Origin: Amoebophrya sp. A120
Taxonomy: Eukaryota; Protista; Dinoflagellata
DNA length: 64,000 nt
Direction of reading: 5' to 3'
Assembly (NCBI GenBank): GCA_905178155.1
Contig: CAJINV010000002.1
Span: 5,203,709-5,267,708, forward strand
Shown piece by piece: positions 26,644 to 40,600 of the stretch. The notes under the pieces are model-generated. The model was not told the DNA's origin and did no database searches. It saw only the letters and a program-made list of their open reading frames with translations. The position numbers and the translations under genes are program-made. The first letter of the stretch is position 1, and each line of letters starts with the position of its first letter.

Positions 26644-27491
26644 GCTTGTCGATAAAGAACGAAAAACTTAAACTTCTACTCTAGGTATTGAAACTCAGTC
26701 CACTCTGGGAGTGGATTTCTAGCGTTTGAAGATTTAATATTGGCTGTTACCAAGATATCAAAAAAGTGCCAGTCGTGCAGTTTATTTCGCATTCCTCGCA
26801 GATCTACATCTAGCTCTAACGACGGGCGCGACCCTCTGTTTTTTTCTACCCCAAGACGACAGTTCCATTCTTCTCTACCCCAGGACGACACTTCCCCCCT
26901 TTCTCTTCCGTATATTCACTTGCCCTCGACGCGTACTACTACTAGCAGCACGACGTGCCACTCGATTCGAAGAATTTAATTGAGTTGCCCTCTTGCTCTT
27001 TGAGACTACAAATCTACAACCTGGAAGCAGCAAGTTCGGCGGCAACTGCAGGAAGAATTTCGAGATGAATCAGTAGGGGAGTAATCATCAATATACTTAC
27101 TCGTAATATTTTCTGTAGCTTGCTGTTGATGGATTTATGAAGCCATGCACGCACTTCACTTCGATGAAGAAGAACATCGGAGAGACAATTATGTTGATCT
27201 TTGTTCACGTACATTTTACCTTTTGCTTTTCGTCGACGTGAAGTCAGTACCCCAAAAGAACAAGAAGGGGAGAGAATGAGAAGGAGAACAAGAAACGAGT
27301 GCGTTCAGCCACGGAGCGAGAGATGAGAGTGCTAGGGAGCGCCCGCGGTAAAAAAATCCAAGCACACTACGTAGATCGATGAAAAGGACAATAAACACTT
27401 TGAAACACCATTGTAGCGTCAGTCGCGTCTATCGCTCTGTCCTTCTTTCAAGGTGGCGATTTAAAAGACCTGTAGACCGAATTATCCCAAA

Positions 27492-27940
27492 ATGGTCTGC
27501 GACACGGTGTCCAAGCGACTGGTCCAGAAGCCGGGGCTATCAAATGCAAAAATGTCTGGGTCTGGAAGATTGCCAGATTTGTCATGCAGTTTTTCCATGA
27601 CCCATGAGGTCTGGTATGTAGGACATAGCATGACAGATCTGCGCGACCTTTCTAATGCCTCTCCTGCATGAGAAACTGCCTCTCGATTAGGTCAAAAGTG
27701 CACAACTTTTGGCAATCATGCAACACAGTTTTTTGCCTGATTCAGATTTAGCATGACAAGTTGCAATCATCCAGACCCAGACATTTTTACAGTTGATAGG
27801 GGCTGTCTCTGCTCAAGCCCAAATTTTCCGCGCGCGGAAACAAGGAAGAGAAGAAACTGGACAGAGGCAAGAAAATCTACTCTGTCCGCGCGGAGATGCT
27901 GGATCGTGTAGCGAAGAGAGGGGCTGCGGATCGAAAGTAG
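27492..27940 (+). CDS. 60-aa basic microprotein split by an introner
   Basis: After removing 27538..27803: MVCDTVSKRLVQKPGLSLLKPKFSARGNKEEKKLDRGKKIYSVRAEMLDRVAKRGAADRK*. AAA-ATG start context. Confidence 0.6.
27538..27798. mobile_element. Introner, family A
   Basis: Family A TIRs. TSD ggggc. Confidence 0.93.
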
Positions 27941-29018
27941 CGGTTTTCTTAGAAAGGAAAGTAGTCGACCACTTGCAACTACTACCAACGAGGACGATGT
28001 CGATGGTGCACATCTCGTCGCCCACGATGAAAGTAATTTCACCTCCTGGCTTTCTCGCGGACCACGCGCTCGGGCGCACGCCTTGTCGTACTTGGGGTCT
28101 TTCAGCTGGTGCGGACCAACGAGCAGTTGACAGGAAATTATATAAATCGATTCTGTGGAGCAGGTTATCTACGGCAGGTCAACAACCTTATACATTTTTG
28201 CGTTTTCGAATTTTTGTCTGCGGCAAGTTAGTACGTTCCGTCCACCTTCCACAGAAAATTTTGCCCGGTAATTGTATTCGGGATATTACAGGATAAACCT
28301 ACCAAGAGGACGAACAGCAGAGCTTACTCATTGACATTGTCTGGTCGATAGCTGAGAAGTGGCTATCAACAAGAAATGAGGAGGACAAAAAGTAGTAAAG
28401 AATCGTCGGGCTGAATGAAAGCCGCCGGCACTGTTGGCCGTTTTATTCGTGTGTCTTGTGTCCACGGGGTACTGGTGGGGCTGAGTCATAGAAGATGACC
28501 ACGAGGAGCAGGACCAGCATAACTAATAAACAGGAGTGAGGAGAACTGAGCGCCAGCAAACTTGGAAAACTGTTTAGAGAGAGGGTATGGCGCTAGTATA
28601 GACAGGAATTTTTATTCTTTAGTAGAGCGAGGGCTCAATGAAATTCAAATTACTATCTGCATCCGGTGTCTGCTGTGTTGAGGCCAGCGCCAGGTAGTGC
28701 GATCTCTAGCACTATTAAATTTGCGGTGGAATGATCGATGATCATGCAAGGGGATCCGATCAGGTCAGAAGTAGAACCAGTACCAACTTTAATCGACCAC
28801 GTTCGAGTCGAACGTGTCATTGTCATTTTATTCATTTTACGTGTGGCCGTGGCGCCTAGGTCAACGACCACGGTACAGAAGACTTTTTTGATGTTTGGAA
28901 TTTTGAGGCTAAGAAATTTTGTCGGCACCGCATCGATTACCACTCGGGTCGGCGAACGCAAGGAGGAGGTGGAACCCGGGGCAACCACTTCCGTCCACTC
29001 CCCACGCCCCAAATTAAT

Positions 29019-30551
29019 ATGAGCTGCCCACGCGGCAGTTGCCCGACGTTCCTGCTGGGAACCACGGGCAGTTTCCTGGTTCGGGAGGTAGCGACATATA
29101 ATTCCGAGGACCGACTTGAGGAGGCACAGCAGGGGGAGCCGGAAGTGGGAACCGAAGGCGTAGTCGCAGGAGGCACTGCAAGATCTACTGCCGTTGGTGG
29201 CGGAGGATTACAGCAGGGCTCGTCGTCCAACTTCGCATCGTCCTCATCTTCCCGATATCCAATGCAAATAGATTTGGGTCTGGACGAAACTTGTGATGCA
29301 AATTAATGAATGATGGGCCGCGCACTGCGATACGCAGCCAAGCATGACATATGTGTTTCGTTTTGCGCATGACATAAACAGACTGTTGCGGTTTGCGCAT
29401 GACAAACTGCGTTTTTGCATGACGGGCAGGGGCTTTTTTCATGTATCACAGAGTCAAGTACAAGTAGACGCAGACGCATGCCAGCCGAGCATGAGAAACT
29501 TGCAGTCTTCCAGGCCCAGGTATATTTGCAATGGATACCCGACGCAGCGAACTGGGGGAGAAACCAGAAGTAGAACTTGGTGTAGCACCAGGAGCAAGCG
29601 AGGGGGACATAGATAGCGTCAAAGCACGAGGACCACTCGCCAGCGAGGGCACCAGAGATCGCATTCAGGAGCTGCGTGAAGATGTTTATTCCGGTGTTTA
29701 TTCCATCGACGCCCGAGCTGACTCAGACTCTCTAAGTGTAGCGACGTCCAGCTTCATCGAAGCAGAAGATTATTCTGCAGATGAAACGACCTCCTCTGCA
29801 GCGCCGTCAAGCGGACCAGGAAAGAATGTTGGCAGTGTGTCGAGAAGTCGTGCTAGTACAATAAGGACGGACGACGTGGAGGAGGATCATGAGGACATCA
29901 GAACGGAAACCTCAACCTTCCTGGAAAATAATCAACCAAGTGGTCGAACAACTCCGTCCTGGGCGGAGCTGAAGAGCTCGCTCGAAGGACTAGAAGGCAC
30001 GGATGTGACAGATGTGAGTAGTCCAACAGCCTCAAGGTCCAGAGGAGCAGGAGCTCCAGGAGCGGCCTCAACTACGAGCTCGTCGAGCAGTCAAAGCTCG
30101 GCAAAATCTTCGTTAAGATCACCTTCCTCAGCTGCGCGTAAGCCTTGTACTAAGAGCTTCTATTGTGTATTCGTTCTATGTAGACTCGATTTTTTTTGTT
30201 TTCGTTATTGCATTTGATTATATTTTACGCCGCCGCTCCCACCTAGATAAAAGCGAAAACACCTCCCATACTGTTGCTCCAACAGATCCCCATCTGCGTG
30301 GCGCAACGAAGCACTATAACGCTGTGGAGGACCACCACGACGACGAGAGTATTGGGTACGAAAACAACGAGAATGATGTTGACGGAATTTCTACCGGGAG
30401 CTCGCACGGCTCCGCTGCTTCTACGTCGTCCTTTACGGAAAGAGAGGGGGAAGAAGAAGCTGCAGAATCTGGCAGAACCGGCTCGGACTCTGCGAGATCT
30501 TATCACCGAGAAATCTTCTTAAAAATGAGTAGCGCTACTAGCGAGCTATAG
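29019..30551 (+). CDS. Ser/acidic low-complexity protein (may be part of a longer gene), one introner plus GT-AG intron 30138..30246
   Basis: ORFs 29019, 29531 and 30165 join in frame. Confidence 0.6.
29256..29537. mobile_element. Introner, family A
   Basis: TATCCAATGCAAATA / TATTTGCAATGGATA. TSD cccga. Confidence 0.9.
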
Positions 30552-31664
30552 TGGTTATGGTGCCATGATGAATTCCTACGTTGTTTATAATGTTCTGCTG
30601 TCTACTACTACTACTTTAACTTTCCCGTTATCTTCATGCCATTCAGTAAATCTAGACAAGCTCCCTCTATGGGGATTTGCCAAGCACTCTGTAACTGTGG
30701 ATTTTTAGTTTTGCTGTGTTGCACCACAATTCTCCTAAGCGGACAATTGCATCATTAACAACCTTCTGGGTGATAGAAAATCTAGCAGGTCAAGCGGGAG
30801 AGTGAGCACGAGAAAAAGCTCCAGAAGTTCTGCTGAAACGACTACAACGGCGATCGGAAATGCGCAGAACGGCTTGCAGAACTTATCGCGAGTAAAAACG
30901 TACCTGCTCCCAGTCCCACGCCCACCCGAGTTGGGTTTTTGATGCAGATTACTTGCATTTACAACATAGAATTACAGTAGCGGGAAGAACGGTTGTGACG
31001 CTAATTCACCTCATCTTCCTCCCTACGAGACGAGGCGTTTGCATTTCTCAGCGTGGTATCTTCTCGGACAAAAAATGTGTAATGCTGTAAATAAGATAAG
31101 CACACCGCTTTGTGATGTGGCTGCGGTTGCTAGGTAATCGGCACCACGCGCCGGCTACCACGGACGGAAGTTTGTCATGCGTGCGCTGGAATAGCAAAAC
31201 TCCAGGACTTTGTGTCCGACTTGACCGTGGGCGAGTGGGTACGTCTTTCCACAGGATGGAATTTCATGAAGGACATTCAAGCGACAACGTTGGAGCGAAT
31301 CATGAAACAGGATGGCGATCCCGAGGCGCAGGCGCGCATAGACTCCTTGCAAAAGACACTGCAGCCAGTATAGTCTCTTGATGTAGTCTGGCCACAGGAG
31401 CACGGCGATCTCCATTAAGAACTTCAAATTTGTGATGTGTAGCAACGACCTAAGTAGTTTTACTTCACAACAAGATCCGGTCAATTAGACCGGGACTTTT
31501 CATATTTCAAAGAGCCTAAGGCAGTTCGTTGATGATATTGAGACACAGAACAATGCAAACTGTCAACATTTGCCTCACTACACACGACGATCGCACAGGT
31601 TGCTGCGTCCCTTATCGCTTTACGGCGCGGGACCAGCGGCGATACCGGCGCGCAGTCGAACGGC

Positions 31665-34600
31665 TTGACCTCGGTCCTGGCTACCGGGGTCCGAAACCAA
31701 TTTTTGTCTGGCCGGTTTATGCCCACTCCGCAGAGAGATACGCACGTGCACGTCGTGTTCGATAAGAGTCCAGCGAACATGGACGCTGTGCAGCCAGTGT
31801 TCGTGGATCCGGCCAACCCAGGGCAGCTACAGATTGGAGACGTTCCGGACAATAAAAACGTGAACCTGCCCACCGAGATCCAACTGCAGGAGGGCATCAT
31901 CACGCACACCAACCTCCCGCAGCCGGAACCCTCGCTGCCAAACCAGCAAGTGTCGGCCGTGTATGCGCTCGTGTCGTTTGGGGACGGCTTCAAAGTGACG
32001 GCGTGGAACGCGAAATCGGGAAAGCCGGAGCAATATCAACTGCAAAAATGTATTCTGGGTCTGGAAGATTGCACCTTGTCATGCTGTTTTTGGATTCTAG
32101 AAAAGTTTGTCTTGCATGACCAGCAAGAGGGGCACACTTTGTGCTACACGGACAGGGCATTTCTCATGCGGAAGGTGCATCAGGAAGCCCTCTAAAAATC
32201 GGCGATGCTAGGTCATGCATTACAGGCATCATGGGTCATGAAAAATATGCATGACAAATCTTTAATCTTGCATCCATCCAGACCCAGACATTTTTGCATT
32301 TGATAAGCAAACGAACCTGTTTAAGATCCACTCCAATTACCTCTCGGTTTTTCCGAAACTCAACGACTTCGTGACCAACACCGACGTGCTGGTAACCGAG
32401 AATGGAAAGCAGAGCTACCAGCCGGGGACGATTTTCCTCGTTCGCAAAGTTGAGCGGCTCACGTCGACTGGTACAACGTCGAAGACCGTGGGGCGGAAGC
32501 AGATCACGTGGTCGCTGTTGCCGCTTCCAGACATGACCGAGGCGCTCGATCAGAGCGGAAGGGATGTTATCAGACAGAAAAGTACGCGGCCCGGGCTGGT
32601 ACGGGGGAACAAAAAGCTGTGTTGCAACTTACACTCCGAAAATAAAACCTCTGTAATGCATGCGGAACAAACTACCACCTCCACAGGAGTAACTGTAATG
32701 CGCGGAGTTTTGTGTCATTCAAGCTGCATCTCAAAAATTAGCGAGATACCGAAAATAGAGATGTCATGCTGATAACAACCGAAGAAAGTTTTTCGTGGCA
32801 CTTCTGAAAAGAAACCTGTATTTATTATCCTGAATTTAGTTACTGGTAAAAGGGTGTACTTTTCTGTAGAATAGTATCGCCAGAAAGAACTGTCTCAGAC
32901 TCAGTCTCAAACCGTTGCAGACTCACACTCAGCAATAAACGCAGAAAACTACCTGTGATGCGTCAGACACAACAAGGGAGAACACATAAACATATAGAGG
33001 ACGACTTTCCTGCATGCCGAGCATGACAAAAAGCTGTTTCAAGAAAGTTCCGCATTAGAAGTTGATACCGGGACAGTTTTTTCGCACGATAAACAGATGT
33101 CGGACCCAAGTGGACGAGTCCGGCGTTGGAGAGCGATTTTGCAGTTATTTGTAAATTATCAAATGTAAAAAAAAAATGTCTGGGTCTGGAAGGTTGGAAC
33201 TTGTGATGCTAACTTTGGATGCTAAAAAAATCTGTATTGCATGACCAGCAAGAGGAGCCCAGTTTGTGTTACGCGGGGAGGGCATTTGTCATGCGGGAGA
33301 GGCATCAGGAAGGCCTCTAAAAATATGTGATGCTAGATCATGCATTACAGACATCCTGACTCATGCAAAATATGCATGACAAACCTTGTAACCTTCCAGA
33401 CCCAGACATTTTTACATTTGATATAAATCCGCAAAGCAATTGCGGGTGCTGGGCAACCCGGTGGAGTATCACTTGCAGTACAAGGACGCCCCCCAGAGTT
33501 CCGCACAACAACAGCCGGTGCTCGATGTCCGCGTCTTTAGTAAGACCGAGCTCGACAAAACCTTTGCAAATAAAGGCAACGAGCTGCAATTCGCAACACG
33601 AAACCTGCTGCCCACGCCGTACACATTAAGATGGAAGACGAACATGTCGGCAACTACGATCTGGCAAGCGGCTTTGCAAGAGAACAGAGCAGTGGACCTG
33701 CGAAAGATGCTCCAAAGCGCCGGAGGATTCAGTAATCTGTTCCAACTGGAGCTTGACCGGGATTTGTTGCAGAAAATGCAAGCAGCGTTTCTGAATGGCG
33801 TTGTGCCCACAGTAGTCGCATGGGTGAAAAAAAACCTAGTCATCGCAGGCGGAGGCAAAGACATGAGTAAGGAGGAGAAAGAAAAGGAAAGCGAAGTGCT
33901 GGCGGGAGTGGCCGGTGAATACCTGAAGCGGCAACTGTATGGAAGTGTCAGAATCGAAATTGACAATATCGAAATAATTTGTCATGACACGGACAGAGTC
34001 CCGAAAGCACGACACGGACAGAGCGCAACAAAAACCTGGATCTCCGAAATCAACCGAGAATTGATCAAAAGACGATCCACACCAGCGGACTGCTTAAGCA
34101 AAGAGCTTTGGAGACAAATAGTATCTGGGAACAGCTATGGCACAGTAAAGCAAACAGCATCAACTTCTTCTACATCTTCCTTCACCAACAGCAACAGCAT
34201 TGAAAATAATCTCCCAATCCAGGCGATCATGAGACTGAGAGGTCGAAAAAGGGAATTCTAAGGCGATAACGTCGAACAGAATACATTCATCAATTTGTCA
34301 TGCATAAAATGGATTCCAGTCCGAACCCAGTTTCTAAGTGGCGCATCACAAATTCTGCTGGTACCTGAATCCAGTTTGTAATGCTGTCTAGGCAAAGAAG
34401 ACTGTCTTTCTCATGCTGCTTTAGCAGCTCGAGCTATAGCCCCAAACAGGCTTACAATCGGCCTCGCTTGCCTGCTCTGCAACACACGTATCTCGCGTCA
34501 TGCATTTTATGCATCACAAATTTTTCGATTTGGATTTTGTCAATTTCGATCCTGACAGTTCCATAAACTGCGCACGTTTTTCCCGATGTTTTTACCGGAT

Positions 34601-37600
34601 GGTACGTATCACACAGAAAAAAACTGGCAGGTCATATTTGTAATGCAAAAATAAACTGACAAAAAAAAATAAATTTGTATTGCATATCCTAAATAGCATG
34701 CTAAGAGGCCGCCCATGACAGATTTTTCTGTGTATTTATTTTTGCATTACAAATATGCCCTGCCAGCTTTTTTCTGTGGGATAGTACGCAGCCGCAGGTA
34801 ATAAAACCAGTGTCCGCGCAAGACCGGCTCGCGGTTTACCCGCTCCAGCACACGTTCGCCCTGGCGCCGCGGGCAAAATCTGCGGGTATGAAGAACCTGG
34901 TGGCCACCGTGGCTGGAGTGATTTCAAACGCGGGGCACGTGGCGGGCTCCAAGTACTCCTTGCAAATCATGCGTTTGGAAGGTCTGGATGTGTGGGGTGG
35001 CGGTTGGAAGCAGCAGCTGCTCCTACACAAATCTACTCAATCTTGCAAAAATTAAGTACTTACTGCATTTCCATTTGTGTGAGCAGCAGGAAGGTTTATT
35101 TCTGTTGTGCTGGAACAAAGCAGTTCCAGTTCGTCTTCGTCATGCCAAACAGCAGGGTTCGGAATTTGCAATATGTACTTAAGACCCGAAGGAACAAATT
35201 GTCATGCTTGCATGCCGTATACGTATTAACGCCGGCGCCGGCCAGGCTTGTAGCGCAAATTGCCATGTCGCGCAAGACACAGCATGACAAGTCACGTGTT
35301 TTTTATGTTCTCCTGTTCAGACCGAGACCGAGACCTCCCAGACGCTGTATTTGCATGCGATACCAAGAACAAAAAAGCTCAAGCGCAGCAGAACAAGGAG
35401 ATGAGCAACGGGCTGCGGATGTTTTTTAATCTGATGGACATGGAGCACACGATATGCAATACAAATTTAATTAGCATACCCCCGTAGTGCCACGCATAAC
35501 TACGCATACAAAATGCATCAAACACGATTGTGTGTCCACCCTGCAGCACGTGACTTGTCAAGCTGAACAAGGACGCGAAAAAACAGCTTTGTCATGCGCT
35601 GTTCGCACTATCTGTGTGTGTAGTACGGGAAGTCCAAATTTCCTTTGGATGCACGAATCCCATCGACGTTCTGGTTCCCCTCGTTTTGCAGGCTTTTATA
35701 TCGCGAGAAAAAACTACTGTCTCAGGCTCAAACTACCTTTGCAGTCTCAGCATTTTCACAAATTTTAGAAAACACACAAAATGCCCTTCGATGAGTCAGA
35801 CGCAAGAAGAGGAAACATTTTCAAAACAAGGCCTGCCTGCTGGTGTTGCATGTAATTATCGTCGAGGAGCTTCATCTACACAAGTTGAGTCAGAGACAGT
35901 TTTTTGTTGCGATATTTTGAGTTCATGGGGAAGATGAACCAACCGAAAAAAACCGACGCAACCTCTATGGCAGTCTCAGCTCAAAACAACCTGGACTGGA
36001 ACAAGAAATGGTGATGCAATACTAGATGGCGGATACCCTTTTTAATCTGTGCACACTATATCGGTCCCTAGCACCATGATGACAAATGTATGAATCTACA
36101 CCTACACTCCGCGGCATTTTTGCAATTCGTACCAAAAAACTGTCATTATGCGCCGGAGCAGCTGCAAGGACACTAGTTGCTCTTTGATTTTGCCCTTTGC
36201 GCAAAAGACGGTACAAAATTGGGCTTTTACATTGTTCCGGTTGAGATGATTGTTCCAGCTGAGCGGGCCATATCCCCTTCTTTCGTGGAGCAAGAGCTTG
36301 TTATGGGGGAGGTACTTAGAAAGTTCACGATGGAAATTTTTTACGACGCTCTTTGCATCAATAGCTTTGTTGATCTTGATGTGCCTTGATGTTGTTGATG
36401 ATAGTAAGGTAGCCCCCGGCTCTGTCTGATAGCAAGAGAACAGAGACACTCGTATCATCGACTTCGTAAGTGACGGTCGTGAAGACCACCACTAGTAAGA
36501 ACGTAAGCGCAATACGCTAAATATCCAGGGCCGTCATCGGGTCGACGAAGAGGATGCAGGCTTTGTTCTTAACGGTGCGAACGCTGATGCTACGAATTCC
36601 ACATTAGATTTTTCAGTACAACATCAAGGAGAATTCGGTGCCGAGAGGACAGCAGGGGCTGGGGGATCTCCACTTTCGGAACACGCAACGATCGCAGAAG
36701 CCACCAGTGTCCTGCTGCAGGAGCTGGAGGTAGCGCGGCGGGACGACGAGGATAGGTCGCAGACCATGGACACCAGCGGCAGCCTCGAAGGGGCGTCAAG
36801 GGTTGTAGCTGCTGGTGGTAGTAGTACTGAAGATGCAAAGTGGAGGTCCAGTTCTAGTAGTACGACAGGAGAGCAGGAGGACTATTCAACAACTACAACA
36901 TCTTTGGCACAGCTGGGACAAACGACTACGCAGCAAGCGGCCGTTCCGGTCCAGCTACAGACGGGCACCGCGGGCAAGTCCTTCTTGCTGAATAAAACGG
37001 CGGCCGCGCTGCAAAAGTTTATCGCAAATCTTTTGCAACTGCTGCAGGCGATGCTGCAGACGTACGCGAAAGACGGTGGCCAGTTGTACGACATACTGAA
37101 GGATGATCAGAAACGCTTAAAGCAACCACCTAATCGCGGGATGACAGCGGGGGTCTCGCGGGCTGAAGTCGTGGAGAACTTGCAGCAAACTTCGGAGTAT
37201 GGATTGCAAAAGTATTGTAGTTGTACTAGTATTGCAGTACAGCACTACAACTAGCTACGTCTATCTTCGAGCACTAATTTTCTGTTTGTTCCTCGTATTG
37301 GATAGATTTCAATTTCAATTTCAATTTATGAGCATGTAATGCAATAATTCATCGTATTGGAACTTTTAGTACAGCGATAGTACTTTTGCAGTGCATACGA
37401 CGGCCGTCGACAGCGCGCGCAAGGTATCAAACGCAAATATGTCTGGGTCTGGAAGCTTGCAACTTGTCATGCTGTTTTTGGAGTCTAAAAAAATTTGTGT
37501 TGCATGAGGAGCAAGAGTGGTCCAGATTGTGCTACACGGACAGGGCATTTCTCATGCGGGAGGCGCATTAGGAAGGTTTCTAAAAATCCGTAATGCTAGG

Positions 37601-40600
37601 GCATACAACATCACAGACTATCATGGGTCATGAAAAATATGCATGACAAATCTCGCAGTTTTCCAGACCCAGACATTTTTGCAGTTGATACAAGGTCATT
37701 GAGGACAAGTGGGGCGCGGGAAGACCCGCGACGTCGGGACAGGTACCGAAACAACCCCCGGCCCATATGAATTGCCAAAATGTCTGGGTCTGGAAGGATG
37801 CAAGGTCTGTCATGCTTGTCTGGCATATACTGAAAAGTCTGTGATGCGTGTCCAAGAAGAGACCCTTTTGCTTGTCATACAAAAACGCAGCTTGTCATGC
37901 GGAAAGCTCAACACTATCACTAAGCCCCGCAGACATTTCTCATGCTTGGCTGTGCATTACAGACGAGCACTCACTAACACTATTCACATTTCAGCATTAC
38001 AAGTTTCCAGACCGAGACATATTTGCATTTGATAGCCCAAGTAAAGATGGAAAAGTTTGTTGCCCCGACCAAGACGAAGACGTCGGGAGGAAAAGGTATG
38101 GAGAAGACGAAGGGCGGCGGCTTCTTCTCCGGCCTGGCATATCAAAATGAAAAATCTCCCCTCCCCACATCAAAACGAAACTTCTGCTGCTGGATTTGCG
38201 TACACAGATCAGATTTGTCTTGCAGTAGAGGACTGCAGGCCCATATCATGCCAATGCAGAGACGAGGTCTGCCCAGGCACTTGGCACGAGGAACGTCTAT
38301 GCTGTAGGCCCAACAGCATTACAAACCGCCTGCACAATGGGGCGGAGCCTATGCCGTTGCTTTCTTGCAAGACAGACGCGATTTGTGGTCACAAATCAGC
38401 ATCGCAAATCCTCTGCGGCGTGCCTTTTCGATATGGGCAGGGGGGATTTTTCCTTACGATATGGCATCACGGTTGACCGGCAGCACCGCGAGGGCCGCCA
38501 AGAACGGGGCCGCAGCAGCCTCGTACTCTAGTTTCCTGCAGAGGCAGCAGAACCGGAGGAAGCTGGTCGAGATCATGAGGCAAGGCAACTACGCGAAGCA
38601 GGGCCAGGGGGAAGAACTGGGTGAAGAAGTTAGTGACAACCGGAGAGGGAGAAAGAAGAAGAAAGGAAGTCGAAAACCACGCAGGAGGAGGGAGGACCAC
38701 TATGGAAGTGTCAGTCGGGAAGTCGGCAAGATGAAGATAAGTAGCTACCTTTTGTACAACTACATCAAACAAAAAGGTATATGATTTGCAATGTGACGAG
38801 TGTCAATGTGCATCAGACACGAGAATTCGGATGATGCGACCAGTTGGACTCGCTGCTTTATTTTCCAGCCGGCCCAAGGGCAACAAATATCAATATGCGG
38901 CTCGAGGGTTTGTAGCTCAGTTTATTTGTCACGCTGTGTGCAGCTGTGGCTGTCCAGGAGATGAAGGAGGGCCTCAGTCATGCTCCACGACCGCATCGCA
39001 TTTGCTATTAAGCCACTGCATGGCACAATAGGTGGGAGGCATTGGTCAGCACATTTCATGCACTACTTGTGCGAGAAATTAAGAATTGTATGTTGTTTTA
39101 TTGTTTTGTCAATAGCCCAAGGCCAAGCCCGAAGACACAAGCATAACAAGGACGAGTGGGTATCGAAAGAAAAAACTTTGTCGCAGTCTCTGTTTTGCAG
39201 GCATTGCATGGAGAATTTTTCTGGCGTCGCATTTTTTGCCTTGCTTGTTTTTTTGCAGAAACAGAGAAATATAGAGAAATCGTGTATAAGAAAGTTTGAC
39301 ATTGACAATGATACGCTTTTGTCATCGTAACAGAATTGCTGCGAAGGTCCTCAAGAGTAGTGTTGTGACGGTGTTTTTTTTTTGATATTGAGATAGAATG
39401 GACCCATCCGACGAGGACGACTTTATCCTGTGTAGAAATGTCCCTCCCTCCCGCCCATGGTCGAAGCGACACTTTTTCTACACAAGCGAAGAAGTAAGTA
39501 GGTGTGAGGGCTGTTGCGTGACATTAGCACAACCTTGGGTCTCTATTGCATGCAGTAGACGTGTTTTCCTGATCCGGCCGCATTGAAAACCGATCGAGAC
39601 CCGCAGGGCAACGGATCGTGTACCTGGTAAAAATTACCACCAGTTATCACCAGTTGCCCAGCACGTCCTGAGGCGGTCGCAAAGCCAACCGCAGGACGAG
39701 GGGGCTCCGTGTCGATGATGCTGGTCCCGGTGATTAGTCACCAATTGACAACTCCGAGACGACGTCATTGCCGCCAGAAAACGCTTCTCAGAGCGGATCT
39801 GCGTATGAAAATGCGAAAAATTTTGGGCATGCAGATTTTCATGGCAAATCATTATGCAGGGACGTTTTTACATAGGATATGGAATTACGGGAGGGGCGAC
39901 TCGCAAAACTACGACGCGGCTGGTGCTGTGGTGCGGCAGGATTTACAGAGTGGCAACAACGAGTGTTGCAACTGGGACTGCGGCTGCGACACCATGTTCT
40001 TGGGACGGAAGTATGCGAAAACCTCCTATCCTGTGTAAAAACGTCCCCAGCCCATAGTCAAGACGGGAAATCTGCTAGACAAATCCACAAGGCTTGGCTG
40101 TTGCGCATGACAAGTCTGGCCTCGTAGTGTAGTCAGCTTTAGCTAGTTCGCCAGCGCCACAAATCCGGCACATCGCGCTGATTGGAGCATGACAAATTCC
40201 GAAACACGACTAACGCATGCTTTTCATCATGGGGCTCCGCATGAGAAACATCTTCCGCATGCAGAATGGCATCACAACTATGGGCTGGGGACGTTTTTGC
40301 AAGTGATACCTCCAAGTACTGCTTCATTTTTTTTGTCGCGGCCTTCATCACGTTGTTCATGTATCCTGAGTAAAAACGTCCCCATACCAGAGTCAACGTG
40401 GAAAATCTGCTAGACAAATCAGCCAACTTTGGTTGTCTCGCATGACAAGTTTGTCCTCGTAGTGTAATCCTGTTTAACTAGTTCAGCAGCATCACAGATC
40501 TAGCATATCATGCTATTTCTAGAGTCACAAATCCCAAAACACGACTAGAAAAAGCTTCTCATGGGGCTTCGCATGAGAAACTTTTTTGGCATGCAAATTC

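Noticed and set aside
36013-36240. Possible degenerate introner after ...NKKW
   Set aside because: No right end or TSD could be defined, so it is left as an unresolved junction.
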